NCBI GenBank assembly: GCA_963758635.1
Contig: CAVWWD010000006.1
Coordinates: 352,001-416,000 of the forward strand
Source: an uncultured Candidatus Rokubacteria bacterium
Lineage (GTDB): Bacteria; Methylomirabilota; Methylomirabilia; Rokubacteriales; CSP1-6
Length of the DNA: 64,000 bases
Direction: 5' to 3'
In this document: in pieces, positions 54,742 through 64,000 of the stretch
Layout: each line of letters opens with the position of its first letter
Numbering within the stretch: the stretch's first letter is position 1
The notes under the pieces: model-generated
What the model saw: the letters and a program-made list of their open reading frames with translations, nothing else
Told to the model about the DNA's origin: nothing
Database searches by the model: none
Position numbers and translations under genes: made by a program

Positions 54742-55182
54742 TCATCGGCCGGGCACCACCACGGCCAACCCTCGATCGCCGAAGGCCTTGAAATCGTCGG
54801 CATTGAAGGTCAGCAGCGTCACGTCCCGCTCCCGGAGGGCGCACTCGGCAATCACCGCGTCGTATGTACGGCCACCCGCGATGCCGGCGCTGGCAAGGCG
54901 GCGCACGAGGTCGCGGTACGCCCGCTCGTCGAGGGCGATCACCTGTCCGTGCTCCATGAAGCTTCCCTCGATCAACTCCAGGGCGCTCGCCGGCGACACG
55001 CGGTGCGGCGGCGGCAGGCGGGTCAGCACCGCATAGGATTCGACCGCGGCGGGGGCCGCGATCAGCATGGGCTCGGCGGCACGCAGGCGCCGGTCGATCT
55101 CTCCGATCGCCTCGCGGTGGCGCTCGTGCCACGCACAGACCGCGGCCACCATGCAGCTCGTATCGGGAAGAAACCCCGGCAT
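54742..55182 (-). CDS. vapC: VapC PIN-domain toxin
   Basis: DTSCMV..ESYAVLTR..GGRTYDAVI..LLTFN..DF. Confidence 0.88.
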   Translation of the reverse strand: MPGFLPDTSCMVAAVCAWHERHREAIGEIDRRLRAAEPMLIAAPAAVESYAVLTRLPPPHRVSPASALELIEGSFMEHGQVIALDERAYRDLVRRLASAGIAGGRTYDAVIAECALRERDVTLLTFNADDFKAFGDRGLAVVVPGR

Positions 55183-55189
55183 GCGACGG

Positions 55190-55453
55190 CTAGGCTCGAC
55201 GGGTCCGGCTCCGCCGAAGATCCTCGCGCGTTCGCTCCACCGCCTCGGACGTGAGGGCAGGGACCTTGGCCCCCGCCACCGCGACGAGGAGCCGCCCCTT
55301 TCGCACCAGACGTACTGACAACGGCGCCGCCTCGATCTCGATCCGGCCCTCGCGGAGCCTGATATCGAGCGGCATTCCCGGCTTCAAGCCCGCTTCACGC
55401 CGGATCTCCTTCGGAATCACGAGGCGTCCGGCCTGATCGATGGTCGTTTTCAT
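55190..55453 (-). CDS. AbrB/MazE family antitoxin
   Basis: MKTTIDQAGRLVIPKEIRREAGLKPG. Confidence 0.9.
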   Translation of the reverse strand: MKTTIDQAGRLVIPKEIRREAGLKPGMPLDIRLREGRIEIEAAPLSVRLVRKGRLLVAVAGAKVPALTSEAVERTREDLRRSRTRRA

Positions 55454-55497
55454 GGCATTGAGAATACCATCGGATCTACCATCCTTGCCAGGCCTCT

Positions 55498-56715
55498 TCA
55501 CACGATGCCGCGGCGGGCGAGGGCGGCGAGGTCGTCCTTGGTGAGGCCGAGCCGCTCGCAGTAGATCTCCTCGTTGTGTTCGCCGACCCGCGCCGGCCCC
55601 GCGCTCGTCACGGCGCCGGGCGTGGCCGAGAGCTTCGGCACCACGCCGGGCATCCACACCGGGCGGCCGTCCGGGCCCGGGACGGAGATCAGGTTCTCGC
55701 GCGCTCGCATGTGCTCGTCCTCGAAGATGTCGCGGGCGCTGTTCACGCGCGAGCACGGAACCTCGGCGGCCTCGAGCCGGCTCAGCGCGTCGGCGGCGTC
55801 GAGGCCGCCCACCCACGCCTGCACGCGCCCGTCCAGGTCGACGCGGCGGCGGATGCGGTCGTCCATCGAGGCGAACTCGGCGCGGAGCGCGGGGTCGCCC
55901 ATGGCATCCACGGTGAGGCGCTCGAACATGCGGTCGTTGGTGCATGCGACGGCGATCCACCCGCCGTCCCGGGTCTGGTAGTGGTTGTGCGGCACCACGT
56001 ACTCCGTGCCCGAGCCGATGCGCTCGCGCACCTTGCCGAGCGCCGCGTACACCGGGATCAGCTCGTCGAGCATCCGCATCATCGGCTCGTAGAGCGCGAC
56101 GTCCACCACCTGCCCCTGGCCCGTGCGGTGCCGGCTCTGGACGGCGGCGAGCGCGCCGAAGGCGCCCATCACGCCGGCCAGGTAGTCGGGAATGGTGGGC
56201 GTGCCCGGCGACACCGGCGGCCGGTCGGGGTGGCCCGAGATGTAGCTCGCCCCGCTCACCGCGCCGGCGATGCGCCCGAAGCCCGGCCGCTCCCGGCTGG
56301 GCCCGGTCTGGCCGAAGGCCGAGATGCGCACCATCACCAGCCGCGGGTTGATCCGCGACAGCTCGTCCCAGCCGAGGTTCCACTTCTCCATCGTGCCGGG
56401 ACGGAAGTTCTCGGCCAGGATGTCCGCCTGCGCCGCCAGGCGCGTGATCAGCGCCTGGCCGTCGGGCTCGCGAAGGTTGCAGGTGATGGACTTCTTGTTC
56501 CGCGACTCGACCAGCCACATGTAGGAGACACCGTCCGCGGCCTTGTGGCCGAGCCGCCGGAGGTCGTCGCCCCGTCCCGGCTGCTCGACCTTGATGACCT
56601 CGGCGCCCAGCTCCCCCAGGAGCGTGCAGCAGAAGGGCGCGGCGACGAACGTGGCGAGGTCCAGCGCCACGAGGCCCTCGAGAGCCCCGTGGCGCTCGGT
56701 TCCGTCTAGGACCAC
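55498..56715 (-). CDS. CaiB/BaiF family III CoA transferase
   Basis: LGAEVIKVE, RNKKS, ENFRPG, SAFGQTGP. Confidence 0.92.
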   Translation of the reverse strand: MVLDGTERHGALEGLVALDLATFVAAPFCCTLLGELGAEVIKVEQPGRGDDLRRLGHKAADGVSYMWLVESRNKKSITCNLREPDGQALITRLAAQADILAENFRPGTMEKWNLGWDELSRINPRLVMVRISAFGQTGPSRERPGFGRIAGAVSGASYISGHPDRPPVSPGTPTIPDYLAGVMGAFGALAAVQSRHRTGQGQVVDVALYEPMMRMLDELIPVYAALGKVRERIGSGTEYVVPHNHYQTRDGGWIAVACTNDRMFERLTVDAMGDPALRAEFASMDDRIRRRVDLDGRVQAWVGGLDAADALSRLEAAEVPCSRVNSARDIFEDEHMRARENLISVPGPDGRPVWMPGVVPKLSATPGAVTSAGPARVGEHNEEIYCERLGLTKDDLAALARRGIV

Positions 56716-57479
56716 ACGTCCCGCGGGATCGGCAGCCCGTCGTAGTCCGCGTCGGTCAGCGGCGCGTCGGCGCGGACGCCCATCTGGTCGAGGAACCAGT
56801 AGATCTGGCGCAGGTGCTGGGCGGCGTGCCAGGTGGTGCGCTCCATGAACTCGTGCGTCGTCTGCGGCCCGTAGTAGGTGCTGACGCTGCCGTCGCACCA
56901 GCCGGGCCGCGTCACGTAGTCGGCGATCCGCCGGCGCACCGTCTCGCCGTACGCGGCGACGGCCTCGCCGTCGGCCATGTCCGCGGGCGCGCGCTCCTCG
57001 AAGACGTTCGCGCCCAGGTGCCCCTGCTCGCGCGTGTCCACGAACCCCGCGCTCAGGCGGAAGACATGGTAGCCGAGCTGGTGCACGCTCCGGTCGCGCC
57101 CGGGCTTCTTCATGCCGAGGTGCTCGCGCGGGATCTGCCGGAGCGCGCGCTGGGTGCCGGCGAGCACGCGGTCGAGCCGCCGCGCCAGCTCGTCGGGCAG
57201 CAGCGGATCCCGCTCGCGCCACTCCACGCCGACCAGCGCGGCCAGCGCCTTCGGGTTCCACCCGTGCACCACGCGCCCATCGAAGATGGTGGCAGGCACG
57301 CGGTCGATGCCGTGAGCCTGAAGGTCACGCTTGCGCTCGGGCTCGGCCTCGACGTCGAAGCCGTCGAACGACACTCCCCATGACGAAAGCAACTCTTTCG
57401 TCTTGGCGCAGGAGCTTCAGCCCTGCCGGTAGTAGACCCGCGCCTTCTCCTCCAGCCTCGCCGACGTGCTCTGGGTCAT
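56706..57479 (-). CDS. Putative selenoprotein: glutaredoxin-like UxxC domain fused to DinB-like domain
   Basis: RBS GAAGGAG and ATG 57479; VYYRQG-TGA-SSC in frame with ORF 56706-57392; RVP cis-Pro loop; C-terminal YH..TWHAAQHLRQ. Confidence 0.8.
57382..57402 (-). promoter_or_regulatory. Putative bacterial SECIS hairpin
   Basis: GACGAAAG-AGTTG-CTTTCGTC perfect 8-bp stem starting 14 nt after in-frame TGA (57417-57419). Confidence 0.7.
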
Positions 57480-57584
57480 CGCGGTCTCCTTCGCTCCGGG
57501 GTGTGGCGGCGGTCGCCGTCCTCGACTATACGCCAGGTCTGCGAGCGACCGGACGCGCGGCGGCTGTTCAAGCTCGACGCGCTC

Positions 57585-57840
57585 GCGCGCTCATTCCAGG
57601 GGCGGCGGGTGGGGGCCCGGGGTCGCGGGTGCTGCCCTCAGTCGCTGTGTCCGACCCGTGCGCTCAACAGCGCGCAGGCTGTGGCGGTGGGTGGGGGCCC
57701 GGGGTCGAGGGGTGCTTCCCCTCCAACCGGCATCGTACCCAGCGCGCCCGGATGGAGCCCAGTCCCAGCGGGGCAGCGCACGCGTGCGACGTCGCCCCGC
57801 GACCCCGGGCCCCCACCCGCCGCCCCTGGAATGAGCGCGC
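57585..57840. repeat. Repeat family C: full ~177-bp unit (57664-57840) plus inverted partial copy (57585-57629)
   Basis: Perfect 45-bp inverted repeat 57585-57629 / 57796-57840. Confidence 0.92.
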
Positions 57841-57902
57841 AAGCTTGACGCCCCTCCTGCCGGGGCGAGGCGGCGACGCGCCCGCTATGGTAGCCTCCGT
57901 CC

Positions 57903-59082
57903 GTGGCGCTCACCGCGGATGTCGTCATCGTCGGCGGCGGCGTGACGGGCACGAGCCTCGCGTTCCACCTCACCACCCGGGGCGTGCGTGACGTTGTCGT
58001 CCTCGACAAGAGCTTCGTGGCCTCGGGGGGCACGGGCAAGAGCTCGGCCTGCGTGCGCCAGCACTACTCCACCGCGGAAACGTGCCGCATGATCCTCTAC
58101 TCGCTCGACTGCTTCCAGCGCTTCGCGGAGATCACGGGAGGCGGCTCGTGCGGGTTCCGCCACACCGGCTACCTCCTCGGCGTCGACGAGCGCATGCGCA
58201 AGCCCATGGAGGCGTCGGTGGCGCTCCAGCGCTCGGTCGGCATCGGCACGCGCCTCGTCTCGCCCGACGAGATGCGCGAGATCGAGCCGCGCCTGCGGAC
58301 CGAGGACTTCGTGGCCGGCTGCTACGAGGCGGCGTCGGGCTACTGCAACCCCGCCGAGACGGCCCAGGGCTTCGCGCGGGCCGCGCGCGACCGCGGCGCG
58401 CGCGTCATGGAGGAGACCGAGGCGCTGGGCGTCCTCACCGAGGGGAGCCGCGTGACGGGCGTGCGCACGAGCCGCGGCGACATCCAGGCGCCGCGCGTCG
58501 TGAACGCCGCGGGCCTGTGGGGCGCGCGCGTGGGCGCCATGGCCGGCGTGGACCTGCCCATCACGGTGTGCCGCCACAAGATCAGCATCGTGTCGTGGCC
58601 GGAGGCGTCGCGCCGGCCGCATCCGATGGTCGTACGACTTCGTCAACAACATCTACACGCGGCCCGAGATGTCCGAGCACATCCTGGTCGGCGGCCTCGA
58701 CTCCGAGGAGTCCCACGACCTCGCCGATCCGGACGCCTACAAGGAAGGCGTGAGCCTCGACGAGTCCGCCGACGCGCTCGCCCGTGTCAGCGACCGCTTC
58801 CCCGTGCTCGCCGACGGCCGCATCGCGCGCGGCTACGCGGGGTGCTTCGACGTGTCGCCCGACTGGCATCCGATCATGGACCGCGTGGGCCCCGAGGGGT
58901 ACCACGTCGCCGTGGGCTTCTCCGGCCACGGCTTCAAGCTCTCCCCCGCCGTCGGCCACATGATGGCCGCCCTCGTCACCGAGGGGCCGGGCGGGCACCC
59001 GGACCTGCCGACGTTCCGCTTCTCGCGCTTCGCCGAGGGCAAGCCCATCCGCGGGACGTACGGCGACTGGCTGATGTGCTGA
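57903..59082 (+). CDS. FAD-dependent oxidoreductase, DAO/sarcosine oxidase beta family (frameshift near 58630)
   Basis: GGGVTG, GTGKS, SPDWHPI, GFSGHGFK. Confidence 0.88.
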
Positions 59083-59097
59083 GGCGGCGACGGCGCC

Positions 59098-59862
59098 ATG
59101 CCCGGGGTGAAGGATCGCGTGGCCGTCGTGACGGGGGCGGCCCATGGGCTGGGCCGCGAGATCGGCCGGCTCCTCGCGCGGGAGGGCGCGCGCGTCGTCC
59201 TCGGTGACATCGACGCCGCCGGCGTCGAGCGCGTGGCCGCGGACATCGCGGCGGCTGGCGGTGCCGCAGTGGCGGTGGCCGGCGACGTCACCGAGGAAGC
59301 GGGCGCCGCGGCGCTGATCGACGCCGCCGTCGAGCGCTTCGGCCAGCTCGACATCCTCGTCAACAACGTCGGCGGCAGCCGCAACAGCAAGGTCTGGGAG
59401 ATGCCCGCCGCGGACTGGGACTTCGTCCTCCGCCTGAACCTCCGCGGCACCTTTCTCTGCACCCGCGCCGCCGCCCGCCACATGATGCCCCGCCGCTACG
59501 GCCGCATCGTCTGCATGTCCTCGGGCGCCCGCGAGGGCACGCCCTGGACCGCCTACTACCAGGGCGGCGCCGCGTACTCCGCGGCGAAGGCCGGCGTCCA
59601 CGGCTTCGTGCGCGACGTGGCCCTCGAGCTGGCCGAGCACGGCATCAACGTCAACGCGGTCGCCCCCGGCCCCATCGACACCGAGCGCACGGGGCCGAAC
59701 CTGCGCGCGCTCAACGCCACCGTGGACTACAGCCCCGACCGCATGACACCGCTGCGCCGGCTCGGGCAGCCCATCGAAGTCGCCCACGCCGTCCTCTTCC
59801 TGGCCTCCGAGGAAGCCAGCTACATCACCGGCCACACGCTCTCCGTCGCCGGCGGGCGCTGA
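59098..59862 (+). CDS. SDR family oxidoreductase
   Basis: TGAAHGLG, NNVG, YSAAK, VNAVAPG. Confidence 0.93.
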   Translation: MPGVKDRVAVVTGAAHGLGREIGRLLAREGARVVLGDIDAAGVERVAADIAAAGGAAVAVAGDVTEEAGAAALIDAAVERFGQLDILVNNVGGSRNSKVWEMPAADWDFVLRLNLRGTFLCTRAAARHMMPRRYGRIVCMSSGAREGTPWTAYYQGGAAYSAAKAGVHGFVRDVALELAEHGINVNAVAPGPIDTERTGPNLRALNATVDYSPDRMTPLRRLGQPIEVAHAVLFLASEEASYITGHTLSVAGGR

Positions 59863-59887
59863 GGCGCCTCCTATCGTGCGGACAACG

Positions 59888-60339
59888 GCGCTCACTCCAC
59901 GGGCGGCGGGCGGGGGCCTCCGGGGTCGCGGGGTGACGTCGCACGCGTGCGCTGCCCCGCTGGGACTGGGCTCCATCCGGGCGCTCGGGGTCCGACGCCG
60001 GTTGGAGGGGAAGCACCCCTCGACCCCGGAGGCCCCCCCCACCGCCCACGCCGGCCCGCTGTTGACGGCGATGACGAAACTCCGGGCCACCGAAACTCCG
60101 AACCGAGGCGAAACTGCGGTTCAGCGAGGCGACGCAGGACGTGGTTGTGTCCGATCATGCAATCAACAGCGCGGCTGCCGTGGCGGTGGGTGGGGGCCCG
60201 GGGTCGAGGGGTGCTTCCCCTCCAACGGGCATCGGACCCAGCGCGCCCGGATGGAGCCCAGTCCCAGCGGGGCAGCGCACGCGTGCAACGTCGCCCCGCG
60301 ACCCCGGGCCCCCACCCGCCGCCCCTGGAATGAGCGCGC
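59888..60339. repeat. Repeat family C: two inverted full copies (59888-60065 reverse, 60163-60339 forward)
   Basis: Near-identical to 57664-57840; ~100-bp spacer contains three CGAAACT(C/G)CG motifs. Confidence 0.92.
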
Positions 60340-60386
60340 AAGACCGAACGCTCGACTCCGAAACGTCACAAGAAAGGGAGACTGCG

Positions 60387-61588
60387 GTGCTTCCGCTAGA
60401 AGACGTGAAGGTGCTCGACCTCAGCCATGCGCTGGCTGGGCCGTTCTGCTCGACGATGCTGGCCGACTTCGGGGCGCAGGTGATCAAGCTGGAGCCGGCG
60501 GGGGCTGGTGACATCGCGCGGGCGTGGGGGCCGCGCATGGCCGGTGGCGAGACGTCGTACTTCGTCAGCCTGCACCGCAACAAGAAGGGCATCGAGGTGG
60601 ACCTCAAGCGGGCGGAGGGCAAGGAGCTCTTCTTCCGCCTCGTCGAGCGCTGCGACGTCGTGCTCGAGAACTACCGCGTCGGCGCGCTGAACCGCCTCGG
60701 CCTGGGCTACGAGGTCGCGCGCACGCGGAACCCCGGCATCATCTACTGCTCGGTGTCGGGCTTCGGGCAGGACGGGCCGTACCGCGACCGCGCCGCGCTC
60801 GACCTGATCCTGCAGGCGGAGAGCGGCATGATCAGCGTGACCGGTGAGCCCGACGGCCGCGGCGTGCGCTGCGGCACGTCGATCGCGGACATGACGGCGG
60901 GCATGTACGCGGCCTACGGGATCATGCTCGCGCTGCGCGTGAAGGAGAAGACCGGGCGCGGCCAGGCCATCGACGTCTCGATGCTGGAAGGGCCAGCTCT
61001 CGCTCCTCGGCACCATGATCGGCGGCTTCCTCGCCGACGGCGAGATGCCGAAGCCCATGGGCACCGCGTACAAGGCGCTGCTCCCGTACCAGACGTTCCA
61101 GACCCGGAGCCGCGACCTGGCGCTGGCCGTGGGCTCCGAGAAGCTGTGGAAGGACTTCTGTCCGGCCATCGGCTGCCCGGAGCTCGCCGACGACCCGCGC
61201 TACCGCACCAATGCCGACCGCGCGAAGAACCGCGGCACGCTGATCCCGAAGCTCCAGGAGGTGTTCCTCACCCGCACCTACGAGGAGTGGGAGCAGATCC
61301 TCCTCCCGCGCGGCATCCCGATGGGCGCCATCAACACCATCTCGCAGGTCGTCGAGCATCCCCAGGTCCGGGCGCGCCGGGACGCTGGTGGAGATGGACC
61401 ACCCGCGCGCCGGCAAGGTGCGCATGGTCGGCGCGCCGGTGCGGCTGTCGGAGACGCCGGGCTCCGTGCGCACGCCCGCGCCCCTCCTCGGCGAGCACAC
61501 CGACGAGGTGCTGCGCGATCTGCTCGGGATGAGCGCGGAGGAAACCGCGGCGCTGAGACGCTCCGGGACGCTCGGCCCGAAGCGCTGA
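60387..61588 (+). CDS. CaiB/BaiF family III CoA transferase (two frameshifts)
   Basis: VLDLS..GPFC..GAQVIKLE, RNKK, ENYR, SGFGQDGP, APLLGEHT. Confidence 0.9.
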
Positions 61589-61694
61589 CCGCGCGGCCCG
61601 CCGGGCGGGCAAGTATTACCTGAACCGGACGACCGGCCGGGCCGCGGCGTCACGCAAGTGCTGCGCTCGACAAGCCCCCGGACTGGCATGCCCG

Positions 61695-62180
61695 ATGCTC
61701 TTCCTCTCGGGCATGAACACACACACGACCAGCGATCGAAGTCTCGTCACTCGACGGACGCTCGTGGCCGGACTGGCGCTGCTGGCCCTCGATGGACTCC
61801 CGAGACTCGCCGAGGCCGGGGTCAGCGTGAACATCGGCATCGACCTGCCCGGGCCGCCGCGGCTCGTGCCGGTGCCCGTCGCGCCCGCGGTGGTCTATGC
61901 GCCGGCGGTGCACGCGAACTACTTCCAGCACGGCGGCCGCTACTACGTCTTCACCAACGACGTGTGGTACGTGGGGCCGCGCTACAACGGACCGTGGGTG
62001 GTCGCGCCGCACGTGCCTCCGCCCGTGCTCGCGGTGCCCGTGAGGTACTACCGTGTGCCGCCGCCCGCGTGGCGACACTGGAGCCGCGATGCGGCGCCCC
62101 ACTGGAAGGAGCACAAGCGCGGGAAGGGGCACGGCCACGGCCACGGGAAGGGGCATGGCCACGGGAAGGGGCACGACTAG
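61695..62180 (+). CDS. Secreted hypothetical protein with Tat-like signal and His/Gly-rich tail
   Basis: TRRTLV + hydrophobic stretch + AEA; VSVNIGI..PP..WY..GPW..YYRVPP; GHGHGHGK tail. Confidence 0.7.
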   Translation: MLFLSGMNTHTTSDRSLVTRRTLVAGLALLALDGLPRLAEAGVSVNIGIDLPGPPRLVPVPVAPAVVYAPAVHANYFQHGGRYYVFTNDVWYVGPRYNGPWVVAPHVPPPVLAVPVRYYRVPPPAWRHWSRDAAPHWKEHKRGKGHGHGHGKGHGHGKGHD

Positions 62181-62232
62181 CACCACGTGACGAGGCGCCC
62201 CGGGCACTCGGTCCCCGGGGCGCCCGACGGCG

Positions 62233-63912
62233 TCAGGGAATCGGGACGGGGCTCTCCATCACCACGTCGACCAGCGAGGGCCCGGGATGGGCGATGGCCT
62301 CGCGGAGGGCCGCCCCGAGATCCTCGGGCCGCTCCACGCGCCGGCCGCGCACGCCCATCGACTCCGCCATCCGGTCGAAGCGCAGCTCGGGGTCGGTCAG
62401 GTCCATCGCCACGAACTTGCGCCCGCGCGCGCCCGTGCCGAGGTACTCCACCATGTTGAGCTTCAAGATCCGGTAGGCGGCGTTGTTGAGCATGACGTAG
62501 GTCACCGGCAGCTTGTGGTGCGCGGCCGTCCAGAGCGCGGTGATGCTGTACATGGCGGCGCCATCCGAGCACACCCCGACCACCGGCCGTCCCGGGTTCG
62601 CGATCTGCGCGCCGAGCGTGCCCGGCAGTCCCGGCCCGATGCCGCCGCCGCGGATCCGCACCATGCGCCCCGGCTCGGTGGGCTCGAGCGCCGCCGAGAG
62701 ATGCGCCTGGTTCGTGATCGCCTCCGAGACCACCAGCGCGTCGGGCGGCAGCGCTTGACGGATCTCGTGCATGAGGCGCGGCGCGGTGATCGGCGCCGTG
62801 TCCCAGCCCTTGCGCGCGCTCTCCTGGTACCGGGCGCGCGCCGTGCGCGTGCGCTCGGCCACCGCGGTCGCGCGCTCGGCGGCCACCCGCGCCTGCTCGG
62901 GCGTGCGGAGGCGCCGCACCTGCTCGGCCAGCTCGGCGAGGGCCGCCTTCGGGTCCGCGAGGAGCGAGATGGCGGGGTTGATGTTCTTGCCGAGCTCCCA
63001 CGGGTTGATGTCGATCTGCATCAGCGTGGCGCCGGAGGGGAGCGGGCTCTGCTCGGCCTCCGGGAAGATGAGCTGGAAGAGCGGCGCGCCGACCACGAGG
63101 AGGCAGTCGCACCCGTCGAGCGCGGCGGTGACCGGCCCCGGCGTGACGAAGTTGATGTTGCCGAGGTAGAGCGGGTGCGTCGCGGACACGTTCCAGTCCG
63201 ACGCGTAGCACTCGAAGATCGGCAGGCCGGCGAGCTCGGCGAGCGCGGTCACCTCCGGCTGGGCATCGGCAATGGCGACGCTGTCGCCCACCATCAGCAT
63301 CGGCCGGCGCGCGGCGAGGAGCCGGCGCGCCACGTCGGCGAGCACGGCGGCGTCGGCGCGCCCGCGCCAGTGCGTGTACGTCGTGGGCTCGACGTGGACC
63401 TCGGCCTCCTCGTCCAGCGTGTCCATGGGCAGCGAGAGGAACACCGGCCCGAACGGCGGCGTGTTGGCCGTCTTGAACGCGCGGCGCAGCGCCCGCGGCA
63501 CGTCGTGCGCGTGGTGGATCTCCGCCGCCCACTTGCAGACGGGCTTCGCCATGTCCACGAGCGGCCCGGACAGGTGGGGCTCCTGGACGAGCACCCGGCC
63601 GGGCGAGTGCCCGGCGTAGATCACGAGCGGCGTCTTGCCGATGGCGGCGTTGTGCATCATGCCCAGCGCGTTCCCGAGGCCGGGCGCGGTGTGCACCTCG
63701 ACGAACGCCGGGCGCCGGGTGAGGCGCGCGTACACGTCGGCCATGCTCACGGCCACGCCCTCGTGCAGCGCGAGCATGAACTCGACCTGGGGGTACTCCT
63801 GCAGGATGTCCATGAAGCCCTGCTCGGTGGTGCCGGGGTTGCCGAAGATGTGTCGCACCCCGTCGGCGATCAGCTGCTCGACCATCGCTCGCTTGCCGGT
63901 CATCTTGGCCAC
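62233..63912 (-). CDS. TPP-dependent enzyme (benzoylformate decarboxylase-like)
   Basis: IFGNPGTTE, LHEGVAV, HTAPGLGN, SDGAAMY..NN TPP motif. Confidence 0.9.
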   Translation of the reverse strand: MAKMTGKRAMVEQLIADGVRHIFGNPGTTEQGFMDILQEYPQVEFMLALHEGVAVSMADVYARLTRRPAFVEVHTAPGLGNALGMMHNAAIGKTPLVIYAGHSPGRVLVQEPHLSGPLVDMAKPVCKWAAEIHHAHDVPRALRRAFKTANTPPFGPVFLSLPMDTLDEEAEVHVEPTTYTHWRGRADAAVLADVARRLLAARRPMLMVGDSVAIADAQPEVTALAELAGLPIFECYASDWNVSATHPLYLGNINFVTPGPVTAALDGCDCLLVVGAPLFQLIFPEAEQSPLPSGATLMQIDINPWELGKNINPAISLLADPKAALAELAEQVRRLRTPEQARVAAERATAVAERTRTARARYQESARKGWDTAPITAPRLMHEIRQALPPDALVVSEAITNQAHLSAALEPTEPGRMVRIRGGGIGPGLPGTLGAQIANPGRPVVGVCSDGAAMYSITALWTAAHHKLPVTYVMLNNAAYRILKLNMVEYLGTGARGRKFVAMDLTDPELRFDRMAESMGVRGRRVERPEDLGAALREAIAHPGPSLVDVVMESPVPIP

Positions 63913-63936
63913 GGCTCTATCGCTCCTCTCACAGAG

Positions 63937-64000
63937 GTTGTGAAGGAATGCGGACTTTGACGTCGGCAAGCGGGCCAACACCGCGCTTCTGCGTACGCAC
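63937..64000. repeat. Repeat family B copy 3 (truncated by window end)
   Basis: GTTGTGAAGGAATGCGGACTTTGACGTCGGCAAGCGGGCCAACACCGCGCTTCTGCGTAC. Confidence 0.85.

Noticed and set aside
57585..60339. ORFs predicted inside repeat family C (e.g. 57591-57842, 59876-60511)
   Set aside because: Same peptides recur only because the DNA repeat recurs; no coding signature

Overview
High-GC bacterial chromosome segment, densely coding and dominated by organic-compound catabolism and transport: crotonase, GGT, three LLM/NtaA monooxygenases, a TRAP transporter, amidase, hydantoinase A/B, oligopeptidase B, HAD, acyl-CoA dehydratase activase cluster, CoA transferases, a halogenase-like flavoprotein and a TPP enzyme. 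GC and gene content resemble Candidatus Rokubacteria (inference only). About a dozen genes are split by 1-nt indels, most likely long-read errors. Main points: (1) a decayed integron at 27.6-31.8 kb whose intI is co-directional with and upstream of the array, and whose four complete cassettes are all type II toxin-antitoxin pairs, ending in IS remnants; (2) a probable unannotated selenoprotein, a glutaredoxin-like UxxC domain fused to a DinB-like domain, with a SECIS-like hairpin (56706-57479); (3) three unrelated families of intergenic palindromic repeats, one with compensatory changes in its stem; (4) two vapBC modules directly upstream of a SNF2 helicase-SWIM pair; (5) recurring leaderless-type promoters. 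No rRNA, tRNA or CRISPR array was seen.
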